Source: Guillardia theta CCMP2712 (Eukaryota; Protista; Cryptophyta). From it: a stretch of 38,235 bases of DNA. Positions 1 through 11,500 of the stretch are shown here, piece by piece. The position numbers and the translations under genes are program-made. Position 1 is the stretch's first letter, and every line of letters begins with the position of its first letter. The notes under the pieces are model-generated. The model was not told the origin of the DNA and made no database searches. It saw only the letters and a list, made by a program, of their open reading frames with translations. The DNA lies in NCBI RefSeq assembly GCF_000315625.1, contig NW_005434588.1, positions 139,729-177,963 on the forward strand. Reading direction: 5' to 3'.

Positions 1-259
1 AGGAGGAAGAAGGAGGAGGACCAACAGGAGGAGGAGCAACAGGAAGAGGAAGGAGGAGGAAAGAAGACGTTGAGAAGGAGGAGGACCAAGGGCGATAACA
101 GAGGTGCGTGAGGACCAAGACAAGGAGACAAAGAGGAAGATGAGAACGGCGTCAAGGATGATGATGATGACGATGACGATGACAAGGCTGAGGCTGAGGA
201 GGAGGAGAAGGAGGAGGAGGAAGACAAGGAGGAGGAGGAGGAGGAGGAGGAGACGAACC

Positions 260-1115
260 TACTCTTCCCATCCTCCCTGAGGCTCTGCTGTGCTTCTCCT
301 CTCCCTCCCAGCTTGTCAGCCCCGGAAGGGCTCGCAGGAGACATCCGGAACCCATGCGTGTCCGCCTCGACCTCCCCCCGCCTCAACACGCTGCTGTGCT
401 GCTTCTCTTGCGAGGGGAGAAGAGGAGGGGGGGGAGGAGGAGGAAGAGGAGGAGCAGCCTTTGAGGGCGACCACTCCAGTGCTTCATGCTGGATGCAGGC
501 AATCAGGAGAAGAAGGAGCGAGAGGAGGAGCGAGAGGAGGAGCGAGAGGAGGAGCGGGAGGAGGATGGAAAAAGTTGGATAGCAGGAGACGAGGACAAAA
601 GAGGTGCAACCTTATACTTTTCTAGCGGTGAGGTATGAGTGAAATTCTGCTCTCTACGTGTCATGCAGAAGCAAGGAGAGGAGGAGGAGGAGGAGGAGGA
701 GGAGGAGGAGGGGAGAAGGAGGAGGAGGAGGAGGAGGAGGAGGAGGAGGAGGAGGAGGAGGAGGAGGAGGAGGAGGAGGAAGATGAGGAGGATAAGGGGG
801 GGAGGGGCAGGAGGAGTTAAGTACCACTGAGGGAATGACGATCGTCACTGGCTCCTTCCTCTTCTGTTTGGACGACGATGCTTCATCATTTCTCGTCCTC
901 CTTGGGCTCGACTGTCCCGCGTTTGCTGACTCCCAGTGGTTTTCATACATTGTGAAGGCGCTTCTGTTGCAGTTCTTGCAAGCCTACCCTAATCTTTTGC
1001 TCCAGCTCGCCTTCAGTCTGTCATCTCCTCCTCTCCTCTCCTTTGCCTCCTCCGACCTCTTGGAGTTGCTCTGCTCGTGCAGTCTGCTCAACTTTCCTTC
1101 GGTCAAGTCGATTTC
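260..1115 (-). CDS. Probable multi-exon hypothetical gene, incomplete (continues off the left edge); boundaries approximate
   Basis: Non-repetitive minus-strand segments read as plausible exons (e.g. QEKQHSSVLRRGEVEADTHGFRMSP ~260-410; YENHWESANAGQSSPRR ~835-950; EIDLTEGKLSRLHEQ ~990-1115), separated by microsatellite-filled intron-like tracts. No family motif recognised. Confidence 0.4.
676..792 (+). repeat. (GGA)n trinucleotide microsatellite
   Basis: Near-perfect GAG/GGA run seen directly. Confidence 0.95.
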
Positions 1116-1136
1116 CTTGCTGCTCCTACTCTTCCA

Positions 1137-1308
1137 TGTCCCAGTTCCAGTCCCTGTCCCTGTCCCAGTCCTGTTCAGTCCCTGTCCCAGCCCCTCTCCC
1201 AGTCCAGTCCAGTCCAGTCCAGTCCAGTCCAGTCCAGTCCAGTCCTGTCCAGTGCTGTGCTGTGCTGTGCTGTGCTGTGCTGTACTGTGCTGTGCTGTGC
1301 TGTGCTGT
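1137..1308 (+). repeat. Compound microsatellite (GTCCCT)-(GTCCA)n-(GTGCT)n
   Basis: Seen directly: hexamers grade into GTCCA pentamers, then GTGCT pentamers. Confidence 0.95.
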
Positions 1309-1802
1309 GGCTGCACTTCTATCCTCCTCCTCTCACTTTCTCCCCGTCTCCGGCCGGCTCGGACAACGGCGGCTGGTTTTGACTAAGGAGAAACGAGGGG
1401 TAGTTTTGGCCAAGATCAGCTTTAAAATAGTAGGTGGGGTAGTACTCACTCCTCTAAGGTGTTCCAGGACAAAAAGGCACCTTTGCTAGGTTCAAGGGAA
1501 ATTTGACCTATGTAGGAGTTAGGAAGGACTGAGCGATCAAGGTGGAAGGAAGGGAGGATGAAGTTGTGGGCAAGGTTGTACGACAGTCAGATCAGTGCGT
1601 GACGAGCAGAGCATGCTTTAGATGTGCACGTGAAAACATTTGAGAGAGGTCTCAGGAAAAGTGAGGGAATAATGAAGAAAGCAGGGAGGAGGAGGATGCA
1701 TATGTGAGAAACAGAATCTCTCGTCGTCATCGTACGTTGAATGTTCGATTTTATAAAAGAATACTGTATTTGTTTGCTATCTATCTACATCTCTACCGAG
1801 GT

Positions 1803-4249
1803 TCATGAGTTGCCGACATTATGATTTCCGACATCTTCATGGTGTAGCTTGAAGTCTAAGTGGTTGGCTGTCTCAAGAAGTTTGTTCAAGCTCTGCCCCA
1901 GGGCATCGTCAGCAACAGACAAGAAACAAGATCCTCGCACAGACAACCATGTCACCACAAGGGATGGTTTCAACAGTTTGGGAGGTTGCCACAACAGTCA
2001 GCAGGAGGGACTGACCTTCTTTGTCTCCCTCAGGCCTTCTATCGTAGTTCGAATGCTGCCTTGCACATGCCTTGTTGCCTCAGCAGCAGCTTTCGCGCCA
2101 GCCTCCTCCTCCTCCCGCCCCCCTCGTTCAATGCCTTGGACACGAACAGGCGCAACACGTCCTTGAAGACGCTGTGCCCGGTGCTTGCGACCGGAAGTTG
2201 AATGTCAACCTGCGCAAGCGGTGAGAGGAAGAGAGAGAGGAGGGGCGAAACAGCAAGAGGTAGAGCGAATCAAGGGTTATGAGGATGATCAGTAGGGATA
2301 GCGAGCTGAGATCAGGATGAGAGACAACAAGGAGGGGTAGAGGGAAGGGAGAGCAGTGGAGGGGGAGGAGGGAGGCAGAGAATGAGGATGAGGGGGAGGA
2401 GAGATGAAGGGGACGGGGAGGACCGGGGTGAAAGGAACGAGAAAGAGAAGAGGAGGAGGTAGGACCTTGTCGGGGATGATGCCTTGCATGTTGTGCAGCA
2501 GATGATCCTTGAAAGTTTGCATCTCCTTCTCAGCTCCTCCGCGGAAAGTGTCGTACTCTACCCTCTGCGGCTCCTTCCTTTCAGAAACGACTGGGTACAT
2601 GCGGCAGGGGGAGGGGGGGATGAAGGAGTCGTAACGCGTCCGCCTGTCACGCACGTTCAGAGGGGAGCGACCTACCACCAGTCTCGTCTTACATCCATAC
2701 AGGAGGCTCTTCCTTGCACTTGGGATGCTTGCGATGCTTCTTCTTGTGAACGTACTTGTGTGACGTGGAGGGAGTCTCAGCCTGAGGAGGAGGAGTTGTC
2801 TCAACATTCGTCTCCTCATGCTCCTCTTCGTGCTCCTGCCCTGCTGTCGTTCCTGGAACGCTCTGTCCCTCCGATTCGGGCTTGGATTCTGAGGAGGAAT
2901 TCGGGGTCGATGACGATTTTGGAGGAGGGGGAGGAGGAGGGGGGGGAGGAGGAGGGGGGGGAGGAGGAGAAGAGGGGGATGTTGATGAGGAAGATGGTGA
3001 CTGCGATGGTGGGGGAGGTGGGGGCGGTGGGGGGGGAGGAGGAGGAGGTGCTGAGGACGGTGGGGGAGAAGGCGGAGGAGCCAAGGGTGTGGATTCTCCT
3101 TTAGATGTCTCTCCCTGAACACCTTGACTTGTCTGTTCCTCCGAACTTCCTTGTTCTCCTTCCCTGTTGAAAGCATGTAAGAAAGGCCCCCCTCAGCCCG
3201 GCGCCCTCACTTGCTCGTGCTTGAGGTTTCTCCCGTCGTTCCTCCTTTGGTTTCTTCCTTGGGCTGAGACGAGACTTCAGGTCTCTCTGCTTCACCTTCG
3301 TCCTCCTCCGTCTTCGGCGCCACCGATCCAGTGGGCACCACATGCTCCTCCTCCTCCGAATGCGACGCTTCATCCCCCTTCCTCGTCCCCTTATTGTCAC
3401 TGAGCGCACAGTGAGCTGCAGGAGCGAGAGGACAAGTTCTGCTTCTCTCTCAACTGACCTTTGTCTCACTGGAGGTCTCTTGTCCTTGACCGGGGAGTGC
3501 TGATAGTGGGGTCGGACAGTTGGCTTGAACTCCTCAGGTTTCCATCTACAAGGCCATCGTAAGGATCAAAGCTCATGGAGCAGAATGGGAAAGCAGGATG
3601 GGAGAGCGGGTTCACCTTTTCTTGTAGCAAGCATATGTTAGTCGTCCTCCCTCGCAGTCGATTCTCTTGCCTTTGTCGTCATAAATGTGGAAATACTACT
3701 TACAAGTCAGTACCGCCTAGAGGCAAAACCTGTGTTGAATCTTTTCCTCTACCTGCGGATAAGTCGTGGGGTCCCAAGGGTATTCTCTTCGGATATGCGA
3801 GTATCTCTGACCATAGGCATCGAAAACCTCTCTCTTGTCCACCCATGGATTCACGTTTCTTGTCGCATGTCATCAGCGCAACTGAAAGAGCTCTGACTGA
3901 CTTACCTCTGGAAGAAATGCCCTTGATCAGCCTTGCCTATGGGACACGGCTTGTCCGTGCCACATGCATAGGTCTGCGCTTGTGACCACATCGGCTCTCT
4001 GTGCTCACCGACGATCCACGAGGTTCCTCCGTCCTCTACCTGCCCGCTGACTTCTGTCGGAAATCTCTCCTCCCCCATCGACGTGATATCAGTCGTCCCG
4101 TCTAGAGAGACTCTCCCAAGTCTGTCTAGATGGTGGGAGAAGAGAGCGAGGACGAGCAGTGAGGACTGGATCAGCAGGGCATGAGCAAGTCGTGCCATAC
4201 TCCTCACCCTCCCGGCCCTCCCCGCTCCTCCCCACGCTCCCTCCGACAT
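1803..4249 (-). CDS. Multi-exon hypothetical protein with N-terminal hydrophobic anchor and Pro/Ser/Glu-rich low-complexity middle
   Basis: Exons with GT-AG-type borders: MSEGAW...LAHALLIQSSLLVLALF...GHFFQR; NPWVDKREVFDAYGQRYSH; YFHIYDDKGKRIDCEGG; WKPEEFKPTVRPH; poly-Pro region 2690-3100; MYPVVSERKEPQ...GIIPDK; VDIQLPVASTGHSVFKDVLRLF; terminal exon ending VGNS*. Start could be 4249 or 4330. Confidence 0.6.
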
Positions 4250-4399
4250 CGAAACAGAGACGAAAGACGAAAGGACAGAATTTGGCCTGAACGGGGATGA
4301 GGGCAGGGATGAGGGTGCTGATGAGGGCATGGGGGTAGAACTACTATGTTCGAATTGACAGGCGGGCCAACCCCTGGTCGGTGAATTAAACAGTACAAA

Positions 4400-7300
4400 T
4401 AATTAGTTAAATACCCCCCCCCCCCCGCTTCGCCTCCATGCGGTCTGTGTGGGGCGCTATGGCAGTTTTTTCAGGGGGTTCTGCATGCCATGGCAGGGTA
4501 TCACAACAAAATTCAAATCCGATTTTTGGCGGGCAAACCTGTGACCCCCCTCGCCATGGGCAAGCCGAAGGTGCGGAAGACCGAAACATGCCAATCATGC
4601 CAAAAACCAAGAAAGAAGGCCAGTGTTCGAAGATGGCAAGGTGTGCCTGTTTGCACAACTTGTGTACATTTATTCAAAACCCAAAAGGATGAGTGTGGTT
4701 CTAAGCGGATTTTGCTCTCGAAGTGGGATGATACCTTGGTTTTCAAGCTGTTGGATTTCTTGCAATGTCAAGATCATGCAACTTTGTCTTTGGAGTGTGA
4801 AGACAACAATCTTCTCACTTCAGCGACCCAGCATCTGAAGTTAAGTCTTCGTTCTGTATCCTTGTTTGAAGTCCAAAAGAAGCTAAAAGTCCTTGGAGAT
4901 GTTTACGGACATACATCAGAAGGGTTTGCGAAATGCTTTCTCTACTATTACACCAAGGTTTTCGAAAAACAAGCATCTGGAAATCCACATGCAGGAACCA
5001 CTGCTATGTATGAGCATTTAAATCGACTTCGTACACAGCTTGGTAATATGCACAGAAAGCATCGAACTCTTTTTTCCCGAATCGAAAAGTGGTCTACCTC
5101 ACATTTCGAAGATTTGAATTCATTACAATCCACGATTCACGATTACTTTTTGCGGTAAGTCTGTGATGTTGCTTTCTTCCCCTCTCTGTAGTGTGATCAT
5201 TCTGCAGATATGCAAAATTGTCGGATGAGCATGTTGATCCATGTCCCCCAAAGAAGCACACCAAGGCAGACTCCGAGCTGTTCATTCAGACAGTTTGTGA
5301 AACGTTCAGAACCCTTGATGGCAACACCCGATGTGAAATCATCCGAAGGATTCTGAGTGAGCACGACTCTCTGTGTCAAGCACAAAAGAAAACATCGGAG
5401 CATGAGTTCTCTGCGATATGCAATGTCGAAAGAGCAGTTTCAAACTTACATGCTTGTGGATTGCCAGATGTAGTTTCTGAATTGGTGATGTTTGCCAGTA
5501 ATGATATCGACGCTTTCAGAACAACACACAAAATCATGCCGTACTTGGTAATGGATTGGTGTCGTCAAAGTTTTAGAGCGAAAGATTCGAGGGGCATGAG
5601 ATTCTCCCCGGAGATTATCAGTTTCGCATCAACACTCAAAAACCTTGGCAATGCGACAATGTTGCGGTTCCTGTCAGGGCCAGGGAACAAGTTTACAGAC
5701 AATTTCCATTCTGATCAGGCTTTACATAACTTGCCTCTGCCATGCATCTCTACTCTTTGCAAGCATCAAAGTGCTGACATGAAAACACGAGATGTGAAAA
5801 GGTCAAGAATATGTAGCGAAATTTTGGACAATTACAGCGAAATGATGAGTACTAACCTTGTAGATGGTATCCACGTGTTGGCGATGGACAAGACGATGAT
5901 CAATGCTGGTTTTTGTAAAGAATTCGAAGATTGCGAAGCAGATTTAGGCGGTGTCACTGAAAGAAAGATGGATTTGACGGAACGGCTTGCACTGCGAAAG
6001 GAACGTTTGGCACAGCTTTGTCTGGAAGGGACGACAGTTGCATCGATTCAGGAACGAGTCATAGCCTTGTTGACCGACGACTTGGAGAAAATTAATGAAA
6101 GGAAAGCAACGGCTGAACGGGATTACAAGAAAATTCGAGACAAGTATGTCGCAAAAATGACGAGCAACAATGCTGTGGCGAGGTCAGACACGAGAAGAAA
6201 TTCCTCCAATGAAGTCAGATTTACTCCACATCAATTGTACTTGACTGGGGTGATTGAGGGGTGTTGTCAAATTCAGATTCAAGTGCCGAACCTGATTGAA
6301 CGACTGAATAACTACATGAGTAGTGCCGCACCAGAGGAGCAACGTCAACTGCAAGATGAATTGAATTTGTACAATGACTTGTACTATAAGACGGCAATAG
6401 CAGAACTTGGAGAGGATGCCATCTGTGTTGTTGCGCAGGATGGACAAAAGGAGATGCCTCCAGCACCTGTGTACATTGGATTTGCACAAAAAAGTTTATG
6501 TTCGAGAGATGGACAGGATATTTTCTCAGCTGTCACCAGGGAAGCTTGGGAGAGAGGAGTGAACTTCAATGTGTGGTCGTTTGATGGAGAATTTGCCTGT
6601 ATACATCGGTATTTCTACAAAGACAAGCCCAGTACATTCATCCAGGAGGTGAAAGCAATCTGCAAAACGGCAACCAGTATGGATGATCGAACTCTATGTT
6701 CCTCTATTGCTGCATACATTTCAGGGCTATTCAAGTTCGAGCCTCCAATTTCAGAGCACGACATTGAGAGTGAGTGCACCTTGAACAATGCCGATGAATA
6801 CGATGGGGAAGACCTGTCGTCATTGTCAGTCACACCTCAGTCGGGAATGGTACACATGGATGTGCCGGAGATGAGAGATATCAAAAATTTTGTTTTGCAA
6901 TTGCGACGCAACCAGGCCATATGGCAGGTTCAGAATGAGAAGACGCTAAGATGTAGCACGAGCAAGAGGCCAAGATTGACCTTGAAAGACATGTTCTGTA
7001 GGCTGAAAATATTTTGCCGAAGGTATGGATACGAAGAAGTTCTGTCATTAGCCAATGACAATCAAGATGAGGAAGAAACATACACTCCATGGGAGATGGA
7101 GCGAAGGATAGCAGATGGGCTAAATGAGCTGGATGAAAACAAGATCCGCTTTAAATTTGACGAATGGCTGTCCAATCCCGTCATCTCTCCTACCACCAAG
7201 AAGTTGTTATTCTTCTCACCGTGCATTAACCACTTGTTGAAGAATGTCAGGCATTCGATTGGATCAGGGAAGTCACAATCGTCTTCACCGGAAGCCAAGA

Positions 7301-8640
7301 TATGGCATAAAGCTTACAGTGATATCGCCAAGAAGAATCCATCATGGATGTCTCAGATGGAGGTCGATGGAACCGCCGATCCACAATCTGTGGATATCAT
7401 GCTGAAGATGTTCAGTGAAAAAGCCATCAGTCTACTGAAGGCAGAAGGGCATGAAGCGACAGCCAGAATGGCAGAAAGTATGTCTGGCCTTCACAAAGCA
7501 TTCGATCAAAGAGGTCTGACAGTTTCAGAGAGGATACGTCTAGTACGCGAAGCTCGGAGTTGGTTGTTGGAAGGGATCGACTGGACCACGGTCAGCCAGA
7601 AACACGTGAAAGGATTATCTTCTGTCGCGTTTGAAGGTTTCATAGTGGCAATTGATACTCATCTGCAAGTACAGCAGTACGTGAAAAATAAGAGACATGT
7701 GCTTGGAGACGGAGACTATGACTTCAACTCACGAACTCTCTGCACCGATAGTGTGGAGAATCTGTGGTCATTGATTGGCCATCTGAACAAGAAGGATTTC
7801 TTGAGAAAATTCAATCAGGCTTGCACAGAGTTATGTAAAAAGGTGGACCCTGACCTGCCCTTTGTGTACGAGCATTCGAAAAAACGAATTGTCCTCAGCC
7901 AACCGCATGAACGGGACACTTTCAACGTACGGAATGGATCAGATAATGACGGGGAAGCTGAGAACAGCACACATAAGAACAAGCGAAGACGAATTTATGC
8001 TAAATCAGCACAATGGGATGGAGGCCTCAATGGTAACATGCCCGGGTTTCGGGGATTACGTGACATTGCTGGTTGCAAGTCGAAAAAGAGGTATACGAAA
8101 AGTAGAAAACATTAAAAAGAGCGATAGTGACATCCGAATCATTGGTATCATGAGATAGAACTCACATTTCTCTGATAGACTGTGAGGTTTTGACAATTGT
8201 CATCATCGCGCTTTTTGCTTTAATCATCCTTAAACCTGGTCGCGGCCTGGCTGCCATTGCGATTTCCTGCAAACTTACCCACCCCCTCCCCATCAACATA
8301 CCCTCTATCATTGAGGGAAAGACACCGGTCCTAGACCCTTTTATCGCGAGTTCCACCCCCGTGATGAGGGTGCATGTTTCATGGGTTGAGTGGGGATGTG
8401 GTTTCGATCGTTTCCTGTCGATTTGGCTGGCATATTTCATGTCTAGTGTAAATCTTGAAAATTTAGAGCAAAATATTCTCCAATCTAAGTCCATTTTCGT
8501 TGAGCCGCAGAGCCCGGGTACCCCTTCCTAGGGACCCCCTGGCACTTGGGCCTTTTGGTCGAAGTCCTGGGACCCCTCATGGGAAAGTCATATGGAAACT
8601 AGTACTTCCACCGGTGAAAGGGAGGGGTGGGTACTGGTGA
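4400..8640 (+). mobile_element. Putative P-like DNA transposon or domesticated transposase locus; ends not defined
   Basis: Intron-poor, microsatellite-free block carrying an intact transposase ORF between host genes. No convincing TIR or TSD found by eye. Confidence 0.45.
4490..8115 (+). CDS. P-element-superfamily (THAP9/P-like) DDE transposase; two exons (4490 or 4556..5154, 5208..8115), ~1170-1190 aa
   Basis: A 53-bp GTAAGT...TGCAG intron (5155-5207) joins the 222-aa and 965-aa ORFs in frame. P-transposase-like motifs occur in order: GMRFSPE..NLPLPCISTL; VLAMDKTMI (D at 5887); ADLGG; WSFDGE (D at 6583); FFSPCINHLLKNVRH (C/DxxH at 7222-7233); DPQSVDIMLKMFS; SRTLCTDSVENLWS (E at 7756). Confidence 0.8.
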
Positions 8641-9111
8641 CCAAACCTCGGCCCACCGGGACGGTTACACGCCGCTGCATGCCGAGTTGGCTGAGGGGTC
8701 GCAGGAATCGGCGGCATAGGGAGTGGGGGATATGGGCAGACGGACAGTACTATGATGCTGGCATGCGCTGACAGAGGAAGAGGAGTAGCGGAGTCTGAAG
8801 GAAGAGGTCAGTGATGGTTGAAGGCTGGCTGGAGAGATCCTGACAGTCACTTGCTGAGAGGGTGGAGAGAATGGAGAGAGGGAGAGGGAGAGAGGGGGTT
8901 GAAGAGGGTGATAGAATAGGAGAATGTGATACTAGTGGGAAGAGAGAATGAGAATAAGTTGTAGAATATTTGAGCAGTCATTTGCAACAGAAAACAATTG
9001 CTGGCTCCGAAGAGCTGAGGTATGAGTTGGATCAGTCGTCGTCAAGATAAGGATGAATGGAGGAAACGGATCTTGATCCTGCTTGTCTTGAGGCTGACGT
9101 CTTTGCATCAG

Positions 9112-10560
9112 ATGACAGGTAAAGCGGATGCCAGCAACACTCCTCAAGGTCAAGACACTTTCCATCCAATCTCCTTAGGTACTAGCAGGGACAAGCTCTT
9201 GAGACCTTGAAGGTGACGGAGAGACTCAGGTGAAGTCCCCGAGATCAGCACATGCCCGCCTTTGAAGTTGTGCTTTGCGGACGAAAGCTCGAGTTCCTAC
9301 CTCATGGATGGTCGCGAATATTGCTTCACAGCCGAGTCTCCCTCTTCACCAACAGAATATGCTGTTGACGGTGACGATGAAGACAACAACGAAGAAGATC
9401 TAGCAGCGACGTTGAATGGCTTGGGTGCTCCAATATCACCCATCGTCTCTGAGGTCTCGGTCTCAAAGTTGGCAGCAACGAATATTTCGTTTCCCTTGAA
9501 TATGGAAGAAGACGGGATGCTTCAAACAACTTGGCAATCAAGCATGATTGCTAAGTTTGGTTCAGAAGTAGACTCCTCTTCATCGGATGGAGAACAAGAC
9601 GTCAAGATATCTACATCAAAACTCTCTGCGCGGAGTCTTGACACCTCTCATGATGACTGGGTTTGTGCTTGGGGAAAGGCCTGGGGTCACAACACAAGTG
9701 TACAAGAGCAGAAGAGGTTTGAGAAGCGGAAGATGCTGAAATCAAAGGGGGACCAGGGGCTGCGCGGAAGGAGCTTCACGAGATCGAATGCGACAGACTT
9801 GCAGACGAAAAGCGCGTCAGATCATCAGAAAGACAGGATCAAGACGATCAAGTCTCAGCTGCGCAAACAAATTCATGACACGTCAATATCGTTGGACGTC
9901 TCAGACATGAAAACACCACGTTCAATCAGGTCTGCTGCAGCATAATTGTCCATGGAGACTGATCTATGTTACATAGCCTTGAAGACAGTATGGCTAGCAG
10001 TCGCTCCACCATCCGTCGACAAGTGAGAAGGCGAGTGAGAGGTATCAATCAGTCCATGAGCTGACTATCACTACGGCAGCATGATGAGTGACAACTCTGA
10101 TGATAGCGAGCTTGAGCATGATTCTCTTGTGCTTCAAAGAAAGAGCACACCCGTGAAGAGTGCGGTGGTCGAACCGTCTGTCATACAGCTCAACAGGGAC
10201 ACATCGAAAACAAAAGTAGCAACGTGGTCTGTCGAAGCTAGGGTCAAATCTGTGAGCTGTCTTGTGAGTTTGCTTTGAGGATGATTGATTGGTATCAGAT
10301 ACTTTCGTTTGACGACGACGACAACGACGACGACTATTTCAACAGAAAGAGGCTACAGAGGAGACACTATCGCAGAATCCTTGTCAGTCTCCAGTCTCAA
10401 AGCCACACATGCCCTGACAGGTGCTTGCAGGAAGCTGTAAGAAATGACAGCGACGAAGACTTGAGCAGCAAATTTCAGAGGTGAGGCACAGCCATGTTAC
10501 TCAGTTTTCCCAGTTCATAGATGTGGCAGGAAATACTTTGCAATCGGGGCTTGGATTTGA
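9112..10560 (+). CDS. Multi-exon hypothetical protein (Ser/acidic-rich); boundaries approximate
   Basis: 227-aa ORF 9262-9945 plus further open segments (10081-10278, ~10300-10484) with short intron-like breaks. No motif recognised. Confidence 0.5.
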
Positions 10561-10637
10561 AGCTGCTTGTGCCAGTATTCTTCTGCATTTTCTTCATTTA
10601 TGAGATCTCTTTACCGTGATGTGACTTCACATCGTAT

Positions 10638-11500
10638 CTAATCTGTTTCGTATCCCAATTGTTGCATCATTTCCTTTCCATCGTCGTATTCGAACTTGTT
10701 CAGCTCCTCGTCCAGCTCCTCGTTCAGCTCCTCGTGCAGCGTCATCTTCCATTCATATCGGAGCTCCTTGCTCAATTCATACTTTACCTCTGCCTTGATC
10801 TCGTCTTTGAGTTCTCCCCACAGCTCGTTCGACAGGTCCTCCCATGACTCATCTTTCCTTCAGGATACCTACCTCCTCCCCTTCTCGTACGAACATGTCC
10901 TTAGGGTGGGGAAGGAGATAGAAGGGAGGGGAAGTAGCAGGGATGGGAAGGAGATAGTTGGAGTGTTTTGGCCTACCGCTCCCGAGTATGACAGGCCAGT
11001 GGGTATGTGGCACGGGAGCAGCGCATGTCTGAAACCGCCTCTTTTCACGTACACCCCCGGAAACAGTCGCACGGACGCTGGGTTCGATATGTATCCTTCC
11101 ATCCGCACCTCCTGCAAGGCTTCAAGAGCTCCTCGCCCTCAGTACCCCCTCAAGCCCATTGACGCTAACACCATCATGCCATGCTCCGTTACCCTCCTCG
11201 ACCTGACCCTCTCTCGCGCCCTCCCCTCCTCTCCCTCCCGCCCCTCCCTCAAGCTCTCCCCCGCACAGCAGGCCTTCCTCGACGCCTCCCAGTCTTCCCG
11301 ACGCAGGAGCGCGACCGAGCTCCCGCCAGGAGCTGTCAGAGTCAAGTCGGAGGGCGAGGATGTGATAGCGGCAGTGCTGGCGGCGAGGGGGCGAGGAGCG
11401 AGGCTGCTGGAGGCCCGGAAAGCAGGAAGGATACTAGTGCGAGGAGGGCTGAGGCGGACGACGGAGGACGGAGACGTGTAGGGGCATGTGAGGTGTTGTA
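10638..11500 (-). CDS. Probable multi-exon gene with an acidic helical terminal exon; its upstream exon(s) are partly duplicated in the tandem array
   Basis: Minus frame ~10860-10638 reads KDESWEDLSNELWGELKDEIKAEVKYELSKELRYEWKMTLHEELNEELDEELNKFEYDDGKEMMQQLGYETD*. An intron-like CT tract lies at ~10900-10970. Frame of the upstream exons not resolved. Confidence 0.45.

Noticed and set aside
152-1489. Many overlapping ORFs with poly-P/E/G/R or CCAVL/SSPVQ repeats
   Set aside because: These are translations of microsatellites, not supportable proteins.
8162-8531. Second ORF in the putative transposon (110 aa minus or 113 aa plus)
   Set aside because: Non-ATG starts, no motif and overlapping frames; no evidence of coding.
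4472-8541. CAGGGGGT / ACCCCCTG as transposon TIRs
   Set aside because: Only 8 bp, does not extend, has no flanking target-site duplication, and G/C runs are common here.
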